Shown: piece by piece, positions 1-8,939 of the stretch
Layout: the number at the start of each line of letters is the position of its first letter
Numbering within the stretch: position 1 is the first letter of the stretch
Source of the DNA: Candidatus Methylomirabilia bacterium
Lineage (GTDB): Bacteria; Methylomirabilota; Methylomirabilia; Rokubacteriales; CSP1-6
DNA: 28,255 nt
Direction: 5' to 3'
Assembly (NCBI GenBank): GCA_041497895.1
Contig: JBGQHJ010000056.1
Location: 1 to 28,255 of the forward strand
Made by a program: the position numbers and the translations under genes
The notes under the pieces: model-generated
Database searches by the model: none
What the model saw: the letters and a program-made list of their open reading frames with translations, nothing else
What the model was told of the DNA's origin: nothing

Positions 1-41
1 ACAACTACTTCTGGAAGGCGCGACCCCTCCGGGGCGCGTAG
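1..41 (+). CDS. 3' end of an upstream gene, probably an OB-fold (DUF35)-containing thiolase partner (partial)
   Basis: The frame from nt 3 reads NYFWKARPLRGA-stop (TAG 39-41). An xYFWKA tail is typical of DUF35 OB-fold proteins encoded just before SCP-x-type thiolases. Only 12 codons are visible. Confidence 0.5.
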   Translation, partial: NYFWKARPLRGA

Positions 42-59
42 TCGAGAGGAGGCTTCACC

Positions 60-1256
60 ATGGCCAGCAACGGGATCCGGGACCGCGTGGCGATCGTCGG
101 CATGGGCTGCACCGCCTTCGGTGAGCGGTGGGACAAGAGCGCGAGCGACCTCCTCGTGGACTCGTCGCAGGACGCGCTCAACTCGGCCAACGTGCCGATC
201 GACGCGGTGGACGCCTTCTGGCTCGGCACGCTCTTCTCCGGGCAGAGCGGGCTCACGCTGTCGCGCCCGCTCAAGCTCAACTACAAGCCGGTGAGCCGGC
301 TCGAGAACTACTGCGCCACCGGCTCCGAGGCCTTCCGCAACGCCTGCTACGCGGTGGCCTGCGGCGCCTACGACATCGCGATGGCCATCGGGGTCGAGAA
401 GCTGAAGGACTCGGGCATCTCGGGCCTGCCGAGCATCGGCGCGCCCGAGGACGGCACGCGCGCGGGCCTCACCGCGCCCGCCACCTTCAGCCTGCTCGCG
501 CCCGCCTACTGCAAGAAGTACGGGGTGGACGAGGCCACCTTCAAGGAGGCGATGACCCGCATCGCCTGGAAGAACCACAAGAACGGCGCGCTCAACCCCC
601 GCGCGCAGTTCCGCAAGGAAGTCGCGAAGGACGTCATCGCGTGCTCGCCACAGGTGGCGGGGGCGCTCGGCATCTTCGACTGCTCGGGCGTGTCCGACGG
701 CTCGGCCGCCGCGATCGTGGTGCGGGCCGAGGACGCCTACAAGTACACCGACAAGCCGCTCTTCGTGAAGGCGCTCTCGTTCATCGCGGGGCCGGCCACC
801 GGGCCGATCGATCCCGACTACGACTACACGACCTTCCCCGAGGTGGTGGCCTCCGCGGCCGACGCCTACGCCCAGGCCGGGATCAAGGATCCGCGCGCCG
901 AGCTGGCGATGGCCGAGGTGCACGACTGCTTCACGCCCACCGAGCTGGTGCTGATGGAGGACCTCGGCTTCGCGCAGCGGGGCACCGCGTGGAAGGAGGT
1001 GCTCGACGGCACCTTCGACCTCGAGGGCGAGCTGGCGGTGAACCCGGACGGCGGGCTCAAGTCCTTCGGCCACCCGATCGGCGCCTCCGGGCTGCGCATG
1101 CTCTTCGAGGCGTGGCTGCAGCTCCGCGGCGAGGCGGGCAAGCGCCAGATCGCCAGCATCGCGCGCGGCCGCAAGCTCGCGCTCACGCACAACCTGGGCG
1201 GGGCGCCGGGCGAGTGCGTGTCGTTCGTGTCGGTGGTGGGCTCCGAGCGGAGCTGA
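60..1256 (+). CDS. Acetyl-CoA acetyltransferase, SCP-x/SCP2-type thiolase
   Basis: GGAGG RBS upstream. Motifs VAIVGMG, ENYCATGS (nucleophilic Cys), EVHDCF, VNPDGGL, GHPIGASG and THNLGG. Confidence 0.92.
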   Translation: MASNGIRDRVAIVGMGCTAFGERWDKSASDLLVDSSQDALNSANVPIDAVDAFWLGTLFSGQSGLTLSRPLKLNYKPVSRLENYCATGSEAFRNACYAVACGAYDIAMAIGVEKLKDSGISGLPSIGAPEDGTRAGLTAPATFSLLAPAYCKKYGVDEATFKEAMTRIAWKNHKNGALNPRAQFRKEVAKDVIACSPQVAGALGIFDCSGVSDGSAAAIVVRAEDAYKYTDKPLFVKALSFIAGPATGPIDPDYDYTTFPEVVASAADAYAQAGIKDPRAELAMAEVHDCFTPTELVLMEDLGFAQRGTAWKEVLDGTFDLEGELAVNPDGGLKSFGHPIGASGLRMLFEAWLQLRGEAGKRQIASIARGRKLALTHNLGGAPGECVSFVSVVGSERS

Positions 1257-1292
1257 GCCCCGGCCCGACCCGATCGGGCTGTCCGGGCTGTC

Positions 1293-2261
1293 GTGAGCAC
1301 GGACCGGTACGACCCATTCGTCAGAGGTCGATACCCCGTCGGCGTGCGGACGATCCACGCCCGTGATGCGGCGCGGGACCGCTCATTCCCCTGTGAGATC
1401 TGGTATCCCGCGGCCGCGCGACATGCCCCGCGGACTCAGATGGAAGTGCGAGATGTCGCCGCGCATCCTGGCACGTACCCGCTGATCGTTTACTCGCATC
1501 CCAGTGGCGCGCACCGGCGGGCGGCCTCGTTTCTCGGTGCGCACCTGAGCAGCCACGGATATGTGGTCGTCGCGCTGGATCACCGGGAGGATGAGACCCC
1601 CGAGCGGAAGATCGCGGATCGGGTGCCGGATGTTCGCTTTCTTCTCGATCATCTACTCGAGGGCCCGGCGTGGACTTCGGAGGCGAACCTCGATCCCGCT
1701 CGGATCGGCATCGTGGGCCACAGCTTCGGCGGGTGGACGGCGCTCGCGGTCCCCGACGTGGAGGCGCGCATCCACGCCGTGGTGGCGCTCGCGCCGGGCG
1801 GAGCGTCCCGGCGAAAGCCGGGCATCCTGCCGTTGACGCTCACGTTCACGTGGGGACGTGACGTTCCGACGCTGTATCTGGTCGCGGAAGACGATACGTA
1901 CTTGCCCCTGGCCGGCATGTACGAGCTCTACGATCGGACTCCGGCGACCCGACAGATGGTCATCTTGCGGCGGGCCGACCACTACCACTTCATGGACGAC
2001 GTCGAGGGATTGCACGAGGCCGCGCGGGCCACGCCCTTCACGGGCGAGCTGGCGTGGATCCCGAAGGACATGCGGCCGATCGCCGAGCTCTGCTCGGGGG
2101 ACCAGGCGAGGGTATTCGTCCGGGGCCTCACGCTGTGTCACCTGGACGCGATGCTGAGGCGACAGGATGAGGCCCGGCGCCTCTGGGCGGGTGATCTCGA
2201 GGCGGAGCTGGCCGGACGCGGCGTCGCCGCGCTATGCGCCGGGAGAGTCTCGCGGGGGTGA
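1293..2261 (+). CDS. Alpha/beta hydrolase (predicted dienelactone-hydrolase / PAF-acetylhydrolase-like)
   Basis: G-Y-P-V-G N-terminus, EIWYPA, PLIVYSH, HGYVVVALDH, nucleophile elbow GHSFGG, then later Asp (AEDD) and His (ADHYHF). GTG start. Confidence 0.85.
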   Translation: MSTDRYDPFVRGRYPVGVRTIHARDAARDRSFPCEIWYPAAARHAPRTQMEVRDVAAHPGTYPLIVYSHPSGAHRRAASFLGAHLSSHGYVVVALDHREDETPERKIADRVPDVRFLLDHLLEGPAWTSEANLDPARIGIVGHSFGGWTALAVPDVEARIHAVVALAPGGASRRKPGILPLTLTFTWGRDVPTLYLVAEDDTYLPLAGMYELYDRTPATRQMVILRRADHYHFMDDVEGLHEAARATPFTGELAWIPKDMRPIAELCSGDQARVFVRGLTLCHLDAMLRRQDEARRLWAGDLEAELAGRGVAALCAGRVSRG

Positions 2262-3968
2262 AGCTCCCGGAGGTGCTTCGGCGCCGCCCGGCTCGCCGGC
2301 CGACTTGCGGATGTCGATCATCTCGGGCAGGCCGCGGCCGGCGTGCTCGAAGAGCTGGACGCGGGTGAGCCGGTTCATGTCGATGACGATCTCCCGGATG
2401 CGCTCGGCGGCGGCGAGCATCTGGCCGACGCGCTCCCGGGTCTCCGGCTTCAGGCTCAGATCGTCCCGGAGCATGGCCAGGCGCCCCAGGATCAGCGTGA
2501 GCGGGTTGTTGATCTCGTGGGCGGCCGCGTTGGCGAGCCGGGCGATGCTGCGCAGCTCGTCGGCGGCTTTCTGCTCGGTGATGTCGATGAGGGTCGCCTC
2601 GAAGTCGGAGCGGGGAGAGCCCGCGCCGCGGATCACGCTCGCGAGGATCCAGATCTGCCGCCCGTCGCGACGGCGGAACTGGAGCTCGACGTTGACCGCG
2701 GTGCCCTCCGCCTTGACCCGCTCGAGGAGCTGCTCGCGCTCCTTCGGCTGGGCGTAGAAGTCGCCGATGTTCGCGGCCAGCACCTCGGCCGGGCGCTCGA
2801 AGCCGAGGATGTGGGCGAACGCGTCGTTGCAGTCCACGATGCGCCCGTCCTCGAGGGTCAGCGACATCCCGGCGGGGTTGCGCGCGAACATGGTGCGGTA
2901 GCGCTGCTCCGACTCGAGCAGCGCGCCCGATCGGGTCTGCAGGAGCTCCATGGCCTCGCCGAGGGCGCCGCTCACCCCCTTGAGCTCGGCGAGCCGGAAC
3001 TCCGGCAGCTCCGGCACCGTCTCGCCCCGGCCGAAGGCGTTGAACGCGAGCATCAGCCGGCGCAGGCGGCCGGTGAACCGGCGGCCCGCCACGTGGGCGA
3101 GGCCGAGCGAGAGCACGAGGGCGCCGACGGTGCCGCCCAGCAGGAGCCAGAGCGACCGCCGGAGCGGGCCCTCGAGCTGCTCGCTCGGAACCGCGATCCC
3201 CACCGTGAACTGGGAGCGCGGGGCCCGGCTGAAGGCGGTGTAGGCGGTCGAGCCCTCGAGCGTGGGACCGGTGAACACCATCTCCTCGTGCGCGCGGGCG
3301 CTCGCGACGAAACCGGCGGTCGCGGGCTTGCCCACCTGTTGCTCCTGCCCCTGGGTCGTGGCCACCACGATGCCATTGCGATCGAGGATGGTCCCGACGG
3401 TCCCGCGCGCGATGTGAGCCGCGGCCAGCACCGACGCGAAGCTTTCCGGCGTCAGGACCGCGACCAGGACGTGACGGATCTTGCCGTCACGGAGTAAGGG
3501 CAGCGTGACCGCGATCACCCGGCGCCCGGCGGTCGGCCCCATGACGAGATCCGAGACCTGCGGCTGGCCGGTCCGGAGCGTTCGCTGGAAGGTCTCGAGG
3601 TTGGCCACGCTCGGCAGCGGGCTCCCGAGCGGATGCAGGAGATTCAGCAGCTGTCGGCCCGAGGGCTCCACGAGGGCCACCGTCAGCCACCGCCGATAGG
3701 CCTCCCGCGCCAGCCGCGCCTGCTCGTAGAACCGCCGCAGGTCGGCGGAGTCGAGATCGCTCGAGGTCGCGAGCCCCTTCAGCCCCGCCAGGGAGGTGTC
3801 GACCTCGCGATCCACCGCGAGCGTCAGGGAGCGGGCGTGGTACAGCAGCGCCTGCTCCATGGCGCGACGCTCGTCCTGGTGAGCCCACCAGATCGCGATG
3901 CCGGCGACGCCCAGCATCGGGACCAGGGTCAGGCCCACCACCGCGAGGAGAAACGTGCGAAGCTTCAT
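2232..3968 (-). CDS. Membrane sensor, TM-Cache-TM-(HAMP-like)-PAS-HisKA, lacking the HATPase domain
   Basis: Two hydrophobic segments flank a Cache-like region (PQVSDL...VIAVTLP...ILDRNG). A PAS domain follows (DGRIVDCNDAF...RRRDG...DITEQK), then the H-box AAAHEINNPL. The ORF ends about 95 aa after the His with no N/G1/F/G2 boxes. Confidence 0.85.
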   Translation of the reverse strand: MKLRTFLLAVVGLTLVPMLGVAGIAIWWAHQDERRAMEQALLYHARSLTLAVDREVDTSLAGLKGLATSSDLDSADLRRFYEQARLAREAYRRWLTVALVEPSGRQLLNLLHPLGSPLPSVANLETFQRTLRTGQPQVSDLVMGPTAGRRVIAVTLPLLRDGKIRHVLVAVLTPESFASVLAAAHIARGTVGTILDRNGIVVATTQGQEQQVGKPATAGFVASARAHEEMVFTGPTLEGSTAYTAFSRAPRSQFTVGIAVPSEQLEGPLRRSLWLLLGGTVGALVLSLGLAHVAGRRFTGRLRRLMLAFNAFGRGETVPELPEFRLAELKGVSGALGEAMELLQTRSGALLESEQRYRTMFARNPAGMSLTLEDGRIVDCNDAFAHILGFERPAEVLAANIGDFYAQPKEREQLLERVKAEGTAVNVELQFRRRDGRQIWILASVIRGAGSPRSDFEATLIDITEQKAADELRSIARLANAAAHEINNPLTLILGRLAMLRDDLSLKPETRERVGQMLAAAERIREIVIDMNRLTRVQLFEHAGRGLPEMIDIRKSAGEPGGAEAPPGASPPRDSPGA

Positions 3969-4060
3969 GGCTGCCGCCGAGGATAGGGAAAGCGGGGCGC
4001 TTCGGCAAGCCGTCTCGTGGCCGCCGCCCCCCTCTGCTATGCTCCCGAGCGGAGGGAAGC

Positions 4061-5670
4061 ATGCCAGCCACGTCCAGCTACGACGCCATCGTCATCGGCG
4101 CCGGGATCTCCGGCATGTACCAGCTCCACCGGCTGCGTGGGCTGGGGCTGAGCGCGCGGGTGTTCGAGGCCGGCGACGGGGTCGGGGGCACCTGGTACTG
4201 GAACCGCTACCCCGGGGCCCGCTTCGACTCCGAGTCGTGGACCTACGGCTACTCCTTCTCCGAGGAGATCCTGCGCGAGTGGGAGTGGAGCGAGCACTTC
4301 GCGGCGCAGCCGGAGACGCTGCGCTACTGCAACTTCGTCGCCGACAAGCTCGACCTCCGCCGCGACATCGAGTTCAGCTGCCGGATCCGGTCGGCGGTCT
4401 ACGACGAGGCGGCCAACCAGTGGGAGATCGAGGCCGAGGACGGCCGGCGGGCGCGCGCGCGCTTCCTGGTCACCGCGATCGGGCCCCTGTCGGCCCGACC
4501 ATGCCGACCATCCCGGGCGTGGAGAGCTTCCGCGGCGAGGCCTACCACACCGGGAAGTGGCCGCACGAGCCGGTGAGCTTCGCGGGCAAGCGGGTCGGGG
4601 TGATCGGCACCGGCGCGACCGCGGTGCAGGCGATCACCGAGATCGCCAAGACGGTCGGGCACCTCACCGTGTTCCAGCGCACCCCGAACTGGTGCGCGCC
4701 GCTGCACAACAGCAAGATCGACGCGGCCACCCAGGCCCGCATCAAGGCGACCTATCCGGAGATCTTCGCGCGCTGCCGCGAGTCCTTCGGCTGCTTCATC
4801 CACGATGCCGACCCCCGCAAGGCGATGGAGGTGAGCCCGGAGGAGCGCGAGGCCTTCTACGAGAAGCTCTATCGCGAGCCCGGGTTCGGGATCTGGATGG
4901 GCAACTTCCGGGACGTGCTGGTCGACCAGGAGGCCAACGCCACCATCACCGAGTTCATGCGCCGGAAGATCCGCGCGCGGGTGCGGGACCCGAAGGTGGC
5001 CGAGAAGCTGATCCCCACCAACCACGGCTTCGGCACCCGCCGGGTGCCGCTCGAGAGCGGCTACTACGAGGTCTACAACCAGCCGAACGTGCGCCTCGTC
5101 GACATCCGGGAGACGCCGATCGAGCGGATCACGCCCGCCGGGATCAAGACCGGCGCCGCCGAGCACGAGCTCGACATGATCATCTACGCCACCGGCTTCG
5201 ACGCCATCACCGGGGCGTTCGACCGCATCGACATCCGCGGGGTGGGCGGCCGGCGGCTGCGGGAGAAGTGGGCGGAGGGGCCGCGCACCTATCTGGGCCT
5301 GCAGATCGTGGGCTTCCCCAACCTGTTCACGCTGGTCGGGCCGCACAACGCGGCCAGCTTCTGCAACATCCCGCGCTGCATCGAGCAGAACGTGGACTGG
5401 GTGACCGCGCTGCTCGTCCACATGCGCGAGAAGGGCCACTGCCGGGTCGAGGCCACCACCGAGGCGGAAGGGGAGTGGACCCAGCACGTGCTCGACACCG
5501 GGCGGCGCATGCTGTTCACCCAGGTCGACTCCTGGATGATGGGCATCAACTCCAACGTGGCGGGCAAGCAGAAGCGCACGTTCATCGTCTACGCGGGCGG
5601 CGCCCCGCGGTATCGCGAGAAGTGCGACGAGGTCGCCGCCGCCGGCTACGTGGGGTTCGCGTTCCGGTAG
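4061..5670 (+). pseudogene. Baeyer-Villiger monooxygenase (cyclohexanone-monooxygenase family) with a single-base frameshift at about 4494-4497; true pseudogene or sequencing error
   Basis: The frame from 4061 carries GAGISG and GGTWYWNRYPGARFDSE up to TAIGPLSA. The other frame continues PTMPTIPG, then the BVMO fingerprint FRGEAYHTGKWP, GTGATA, FQRTP and ATGFDA. One extra C in GCC-CG-ACC restores GCC-CCG-ACC (A-P-T). Confidence 0.88.
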
Positions 5671-5671
5671 C

Positions 5672-5691
5672 CGGCGGCGGGCCCGCCGCCG
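5672..5691. terminator. Perfect 20-bp palindrome between convergent genes, possibly a bidirectional hairpin/terminator
   Basis: CGGCGGCGGGCCCGCCGCCG is its own reverse complement and fills the 21-nt gap between the two stop codons. It has no U-tract. Confidence 0.45.
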
Positions 5692-6927
5692 TCAGCGGGT
5701 CGCCCTCGGCACGCTCTTCGCCGCGAGCTCGCCGATCTTCTGGCCCATCGCGGCGCCCACCTCCGTCGAGTTGCGGTAGTGCACGCCATCGTAGATGCGC
5801 GCCTGCGCGACCTCCTTCGTGAAGTCGCCGACGCTCGCCCACGTTCGGACGGCGCCCCCGGCGGTGGAGCTGGCGGAGCTGAGCGTGGGCGTGGGCCCGG
5901 AGCCGATCTCGGACTCGAGCACCGCCCCCAGGGCCCCCGCCACGATGCAGTGAGCGCACGGATATTCGGGGTGCATCGGCGTGTCGATGAACGGTGTCCA
6001 GCCCGGATCCCGCTCGGTTGCGTTGTTGCCGTCGAGGTCGCCGTTGCGGATGGCGGTGACCGGGCGCCAGAGATTGTAGGTGTACTTGGCGTCGAAGACG
6101 GCGATCAGCGCGTCGTCCATGGCCATCGCCGCCACCGCGAGCAGGCGCGCATTGTCGGTGACGTCGCGGCCGGGCGTGCCGGCGACCGAGCGGGCGACCG
6201 GCCAGTAGACGGCCGGGGCCGTCGCTTCCCAGAACCTCGCGATCGCGGTCTGCTCCGGCGTGCGCTGGGTGCTGTTCCTCGACCCGACTGCCTTGATCTC
6301 GTTGTAGTCGCGCGCCCAGATGTCGCTGGTGAGACTCGGCGGGGGACCCGGGCGGAAGTGATCGCCACGGGGCATCACCCAGGGGCGGCGCTTGCCCCAG
6401 TGGGGCACCGCCGGCCCCACCGTCGGCACGTAGACCCCCGCCGCGGTATTGGGGCGATAGACGTCGGGGGCGACCATCCCGTCATCGGCGCAAAGCGCCA
6501 CGATCGCGGCCGCCGCCTGCTCGCCGACCGCGATGCCCGCGGTCTTCGCGGGGCCGTCGGGGACCGATCCCAGCAGGGCCCGGTAGTCGGCGTCGATGAC
6601 CGCCTGCTGGGCCGGCATGAGCTTCGAGAGCGCGCCGCGCGTCGCCGCCGCGACCGCCGCCTCCACCGAGGCCCCGGGCGCCGGGTTGAGCTTCGCGCGC
6701 TGCGGAGGGTAGCGGCCGGTGACTGCGTTGACCGCCTCGAAGACCGAGACCTGGACGATGGCCATCATCCTCACCGTGATGGGCGGCGCCGGGATGCGTG
6801 ACACGACGTCGGCGGCCCGGACGTTCGCATCGGTGACGACGTCCGCGTGGGCGCCTGGGGCGCCGACGAGGATCATCACGGCCAGGAGCCCGATACCTGC
6901 GCCGACGAGCCCGCGTATGGTCTTCAT
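5692..6927 (-). CDS. Secreted vanadium-dependent haloperoxidase / PAP2-superfamily protein
   Basis: Signal peptide ending AHA-D. Motifs KYTYNLWRP (K-x6-RP), PMHPEYPCAH (variant of PxYPSGH) and RIYDGVHY. AAGGAG RBS upstream. Confidence 0.82.
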   Translation of the reverse strand: MKTIRGLVGAGIGLLAVMILVGAPGAHADVVTDANVRAADVVSRIPAPPITVRMMAIVQVSVFEAVNAVTGRYPPQRAKLNPAPGASVEAAVAAATRGALSKLMPAQQAVIDADYRALLGSVPDGPAKTAGIAVGEQAAAAIVALCADDGMVAPDVYRPNTAAGVYVPTVGPAVPHWGKRRPWVMPRGDHFRPGPPPSLTSDIWARDYNEIKAVGSRNSTQRTPEQTAIARFWEATAPAVYWPVARSVAGTPGRDVTDNARLLAVAAMAMDDALIAVFDAKYTYNLWRPVTAIRNGDLDGNNATERDPGWTPFIDTPMHPEYPCAHCIVAGALGAVLESEIGSGPTPTLSSASSTAGGAVRTWASVGDFTKEVAQARIYDGVHYRNSTEVGAAMGQKIGELAAKSVPRATR

Positions 6928-8108
6928 GTCGTCTGCTCCTTTCGAGCGTCTCCGGTGGAGTCAGGCCCGTTCACGTCCAGACCGAGGGCCACGCGCCCGG
7001 CGTAGACGAGCTGGGCGCTCCCGCGGACGGGGTGGTAGCGCGCCCCCTGCACATCGCGGAACAGCCGCTCGAGGCCCAGGTCCCGGTAGAAGCCGGCGCC
7101 CGCCGCCACCTCCATCGCGACCTCGACGGTCCGGATCGCCGCCCGGCCGGCCACCGCCCGGCCGATCAGCACCTCGTTCGTCGTCTCGCTCCCCACCCGA
7201 CCGCACGCCGCCGCGTCGATCATCTGGCGCAGCGCCATCCTCGCGGTGGCCAGCTCGTTCTCCATGCGGCCCGCCAGCTCCAGGATGCCGGCGTCGTGGC
7301 GGCGGCCGGCCACGTGACGGATCGCGAGGGCCCGGGCGCCTTCCGCGATGCCGACGTAGACGGCATAGATCAAGGGCAGGGCGAGCATCGCGACCACGTG
7401 CCACGCGGGCCCCCAGCGTCCCGCCGGGCGGCGGAGGCCGATCGCGGCGTCCGGTACGAAGACGCCGTCCAGGACGATGTCGTGTGAGCCGGTGCCGCGC
7501 ATGCCGAGGGTGTGCCAGGTGTTCTGGATCTCGAGGCCGGGAGCGTCGAAGGGGATCGCGACGTGCAGCACCGTCGGGCCGGACTCGGGATCCTCGAGGA
7601 GCGCCATCGTCATGAACAGGTCCCCGGCCGGCGCGCCGCTCGCGAATACCTTGCGACCGGTGATCCGGTAGCCCCCGTCCACCTTCTCGGCGCGACCGGA
7701 CCCGGCCAGCCAGTCGGAGCCACCGCTGGTCACGAGGATCGTCTCCTCGGCCGCGACCCGGCGAAGAAGCCCCTCCACCGGGGCGCCTTCGTGGCGCCAG
7801 CGCCAGGCCGCGATCGCGACCTGGTGGGTGTGCATCGCCAGCGCGAGCGCGGTCGAGCCACAGTGCTGCCCGAGCACGCGCACCAGCGCGCACAGCTCGG
7901 TGTGCGAGGCGCCACCGCCCCCGAGTTCGGCGGGCACACCGGCCGAGAACACCCGGCGCTCGCGGAGGTCGTGGTAGTTGTCGGCGACGAACGAATCCGC
8001 CGCGTCGTGCGAGGATGCGCGCGTCGCGAAGCGCGGTCCCAGTTCTTGCGCGAGCGCGGCCCAGTCCGAGAGCATCCGGTCATTGGTCGGCATGGCCTGC
8101 GTACTCAT
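6924..8108 (-). CDS. Acyl-CoA dehydrogenase-fold flavoprotein (possibly a flavin-dependent monooxygenase)
   Basis: VPAELGGGG, GSTALALAMH, ITGRKVFASG, WHTLGMRGTGSHD and LERLFRDVQ motifs. GGAGG RBS. 4-nt overlap with the haloperoxidase-like gene. Confidence 0.88.
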   Translation of the reverse strand: MSTQAMPTNDRMLSDWAALAQELGPRFATRASSHDAADSFVADNYHDLRERRVFSAGVPAELGGGGASHTELCALVRVLGQHCGSTALALAMHTHQVAIAAWRWRHEGAPVEGLLRRVAAEETILVTSGGSDWLAGSGRAEKVDGGYRITGRKVFASGAPAGDLFMTMALLEDPESGPTVLHVAIPFDAPGLEIQNTWHTLGMRGTGSHDIVLDGVFVPDAAIGLRRPAGRWGPAWHVVAMLALPLIYAVYVGIAEGARALAIRHVAGRRHDAGILELAGRMENELATARMALRQMIDAAACGRVGSETTNEVLIGRAVAGRAAIRTVEVAMEVAAGAGFYRDLGLERLFRDVQGARYHPVRGSAQLVYAGRVALGLDVNGPDSTGDARKEQTT

Positions 8109-8195
8109 CGTCCACCTCCGTCAGCGGGAGGACCCCGTCTCTGACGCTCACACGATGGCAGGCCGCCACGACGCCGCCAAGCCCTAAAAATGGAC

Positions 8196-8224
8196 TTGCC
8201 CGCCCGGTGAGGGGCGCCTAGAGT
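8196..8224 (+). promoter_or_regulatory. Putative sigma70-type promoter of the HxlR regulator (near-leaderless)
   Basis: TTGCCC (8196-8201)-N17-TAGAGT (8219-8224), 9 nt before ATG 8234. No SD sequence. Confidence 0.4.
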
Positions 8225-8233
8225 CGGACCGGC

Positions 8234-8935
8234 ATGAAGGGCTATGGCCAGTTCTGCCCGATCGCGATGGCGTGCGAGACCTTCGCCGAGCGCTGGACGC
8301 CGCTGATCCTGAGAGAGCTGCTGGCCGGAGCACGCCGGTTCAACGAGATCCGACAGGGTATGCCCCTGATCTCACGGACGTTGCTCGGTCAGCGGCTGCG
8401 TGAGCTGGAAGCCGCGGGCGTCGTCCAGAGCCAGCCCCTCGCCCGTGGCCGGGGACGGGAGTACCGGCCGACGCCCGCGGCCGAGGAGCTGCGTGAGGTC
8501 CTCGAGCGGCTCGGGCAGTGGGGTCAGCGGTGGGCGACCGCCCAGTTCGACCCCGACAACCTCGACCTGATGTTGCTGATGTGGAACGTGCGACGGCGCA
8601 TCGCCTTCCACCGGCTTCCCAACCGACGGATAGTCGTCCGCTTCGACTTTCGCGCGTTCCCGTTGCGGTGCCGGTCCTTCCGGACATCCTGGCTGGTCCT
8701 CGAGCACGGCGGATCGGACGTCTGCTTGAAGGATCCCGGGTTCGAGATCGATCTCGTCGTCGCAGCCGACGCGGGGGCCATGGCCCGGGTGTGGACGGGA
8801 GCCATCACGTTCGCGCAGGCAGTACGGGTGGGCGGCTTGCGGGTGGAGGGTCGCCGCGACCTGGTCCGCGCGTTTCCGAGCTGGCTCCTCCTGAGCCACT
8901 TCGCCCACGTGAAGCGGCCCGCCCACACCGTCTAG
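8234..8935 (+). CDS. HxlR-family winged-helix transcriptional regulator with C-terminal SCP2-like domain
   Basis: YGQFCPIA, ERWTPLILRELL, RFNEI and LGQRLRELE in the N-terminus. C-terminal DVCLKDPGFEIDL...GLRVEG. Divergent from the ACAD-like gene. Confidence 0.9.
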   Translation: MKGYGQFCPIAMACETFAERWTPLILRELLAGARRFNEIRQGMPLISRTLLGQRLRELEAAGVVQSQPLARGRGREYRPTPAAEELREVLERLGQWGQRWATAQFDPDNLDLMLLMWNVRRRIAFHRLPNRRIVVRFDFRAFPLRCRSFRTSWLVLEHGGSDVCLKDPGFEIDLVVAADAGAMARVWTGAITFAQAVRVGGLRVEGRRDLVRAFPSWLLLSHFAHVKRPAHTV

Positions 8936-8939
8936 GGCA

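Noticed and set aside
1257..1292. GC hairpin (GCCCGA-N5-TCGGGC) after the thiolase as a terminator
   Set aside because: The stem is short, has no U-tract and is expected by chance at this GC content.
3898..4497. N-terminal part of the 590-aa ORF 3898-5670
   Set aside because: This frame is not BVMO-like before about 4498. The true N-terminus is in the frame starting at 4061 (frameshift).
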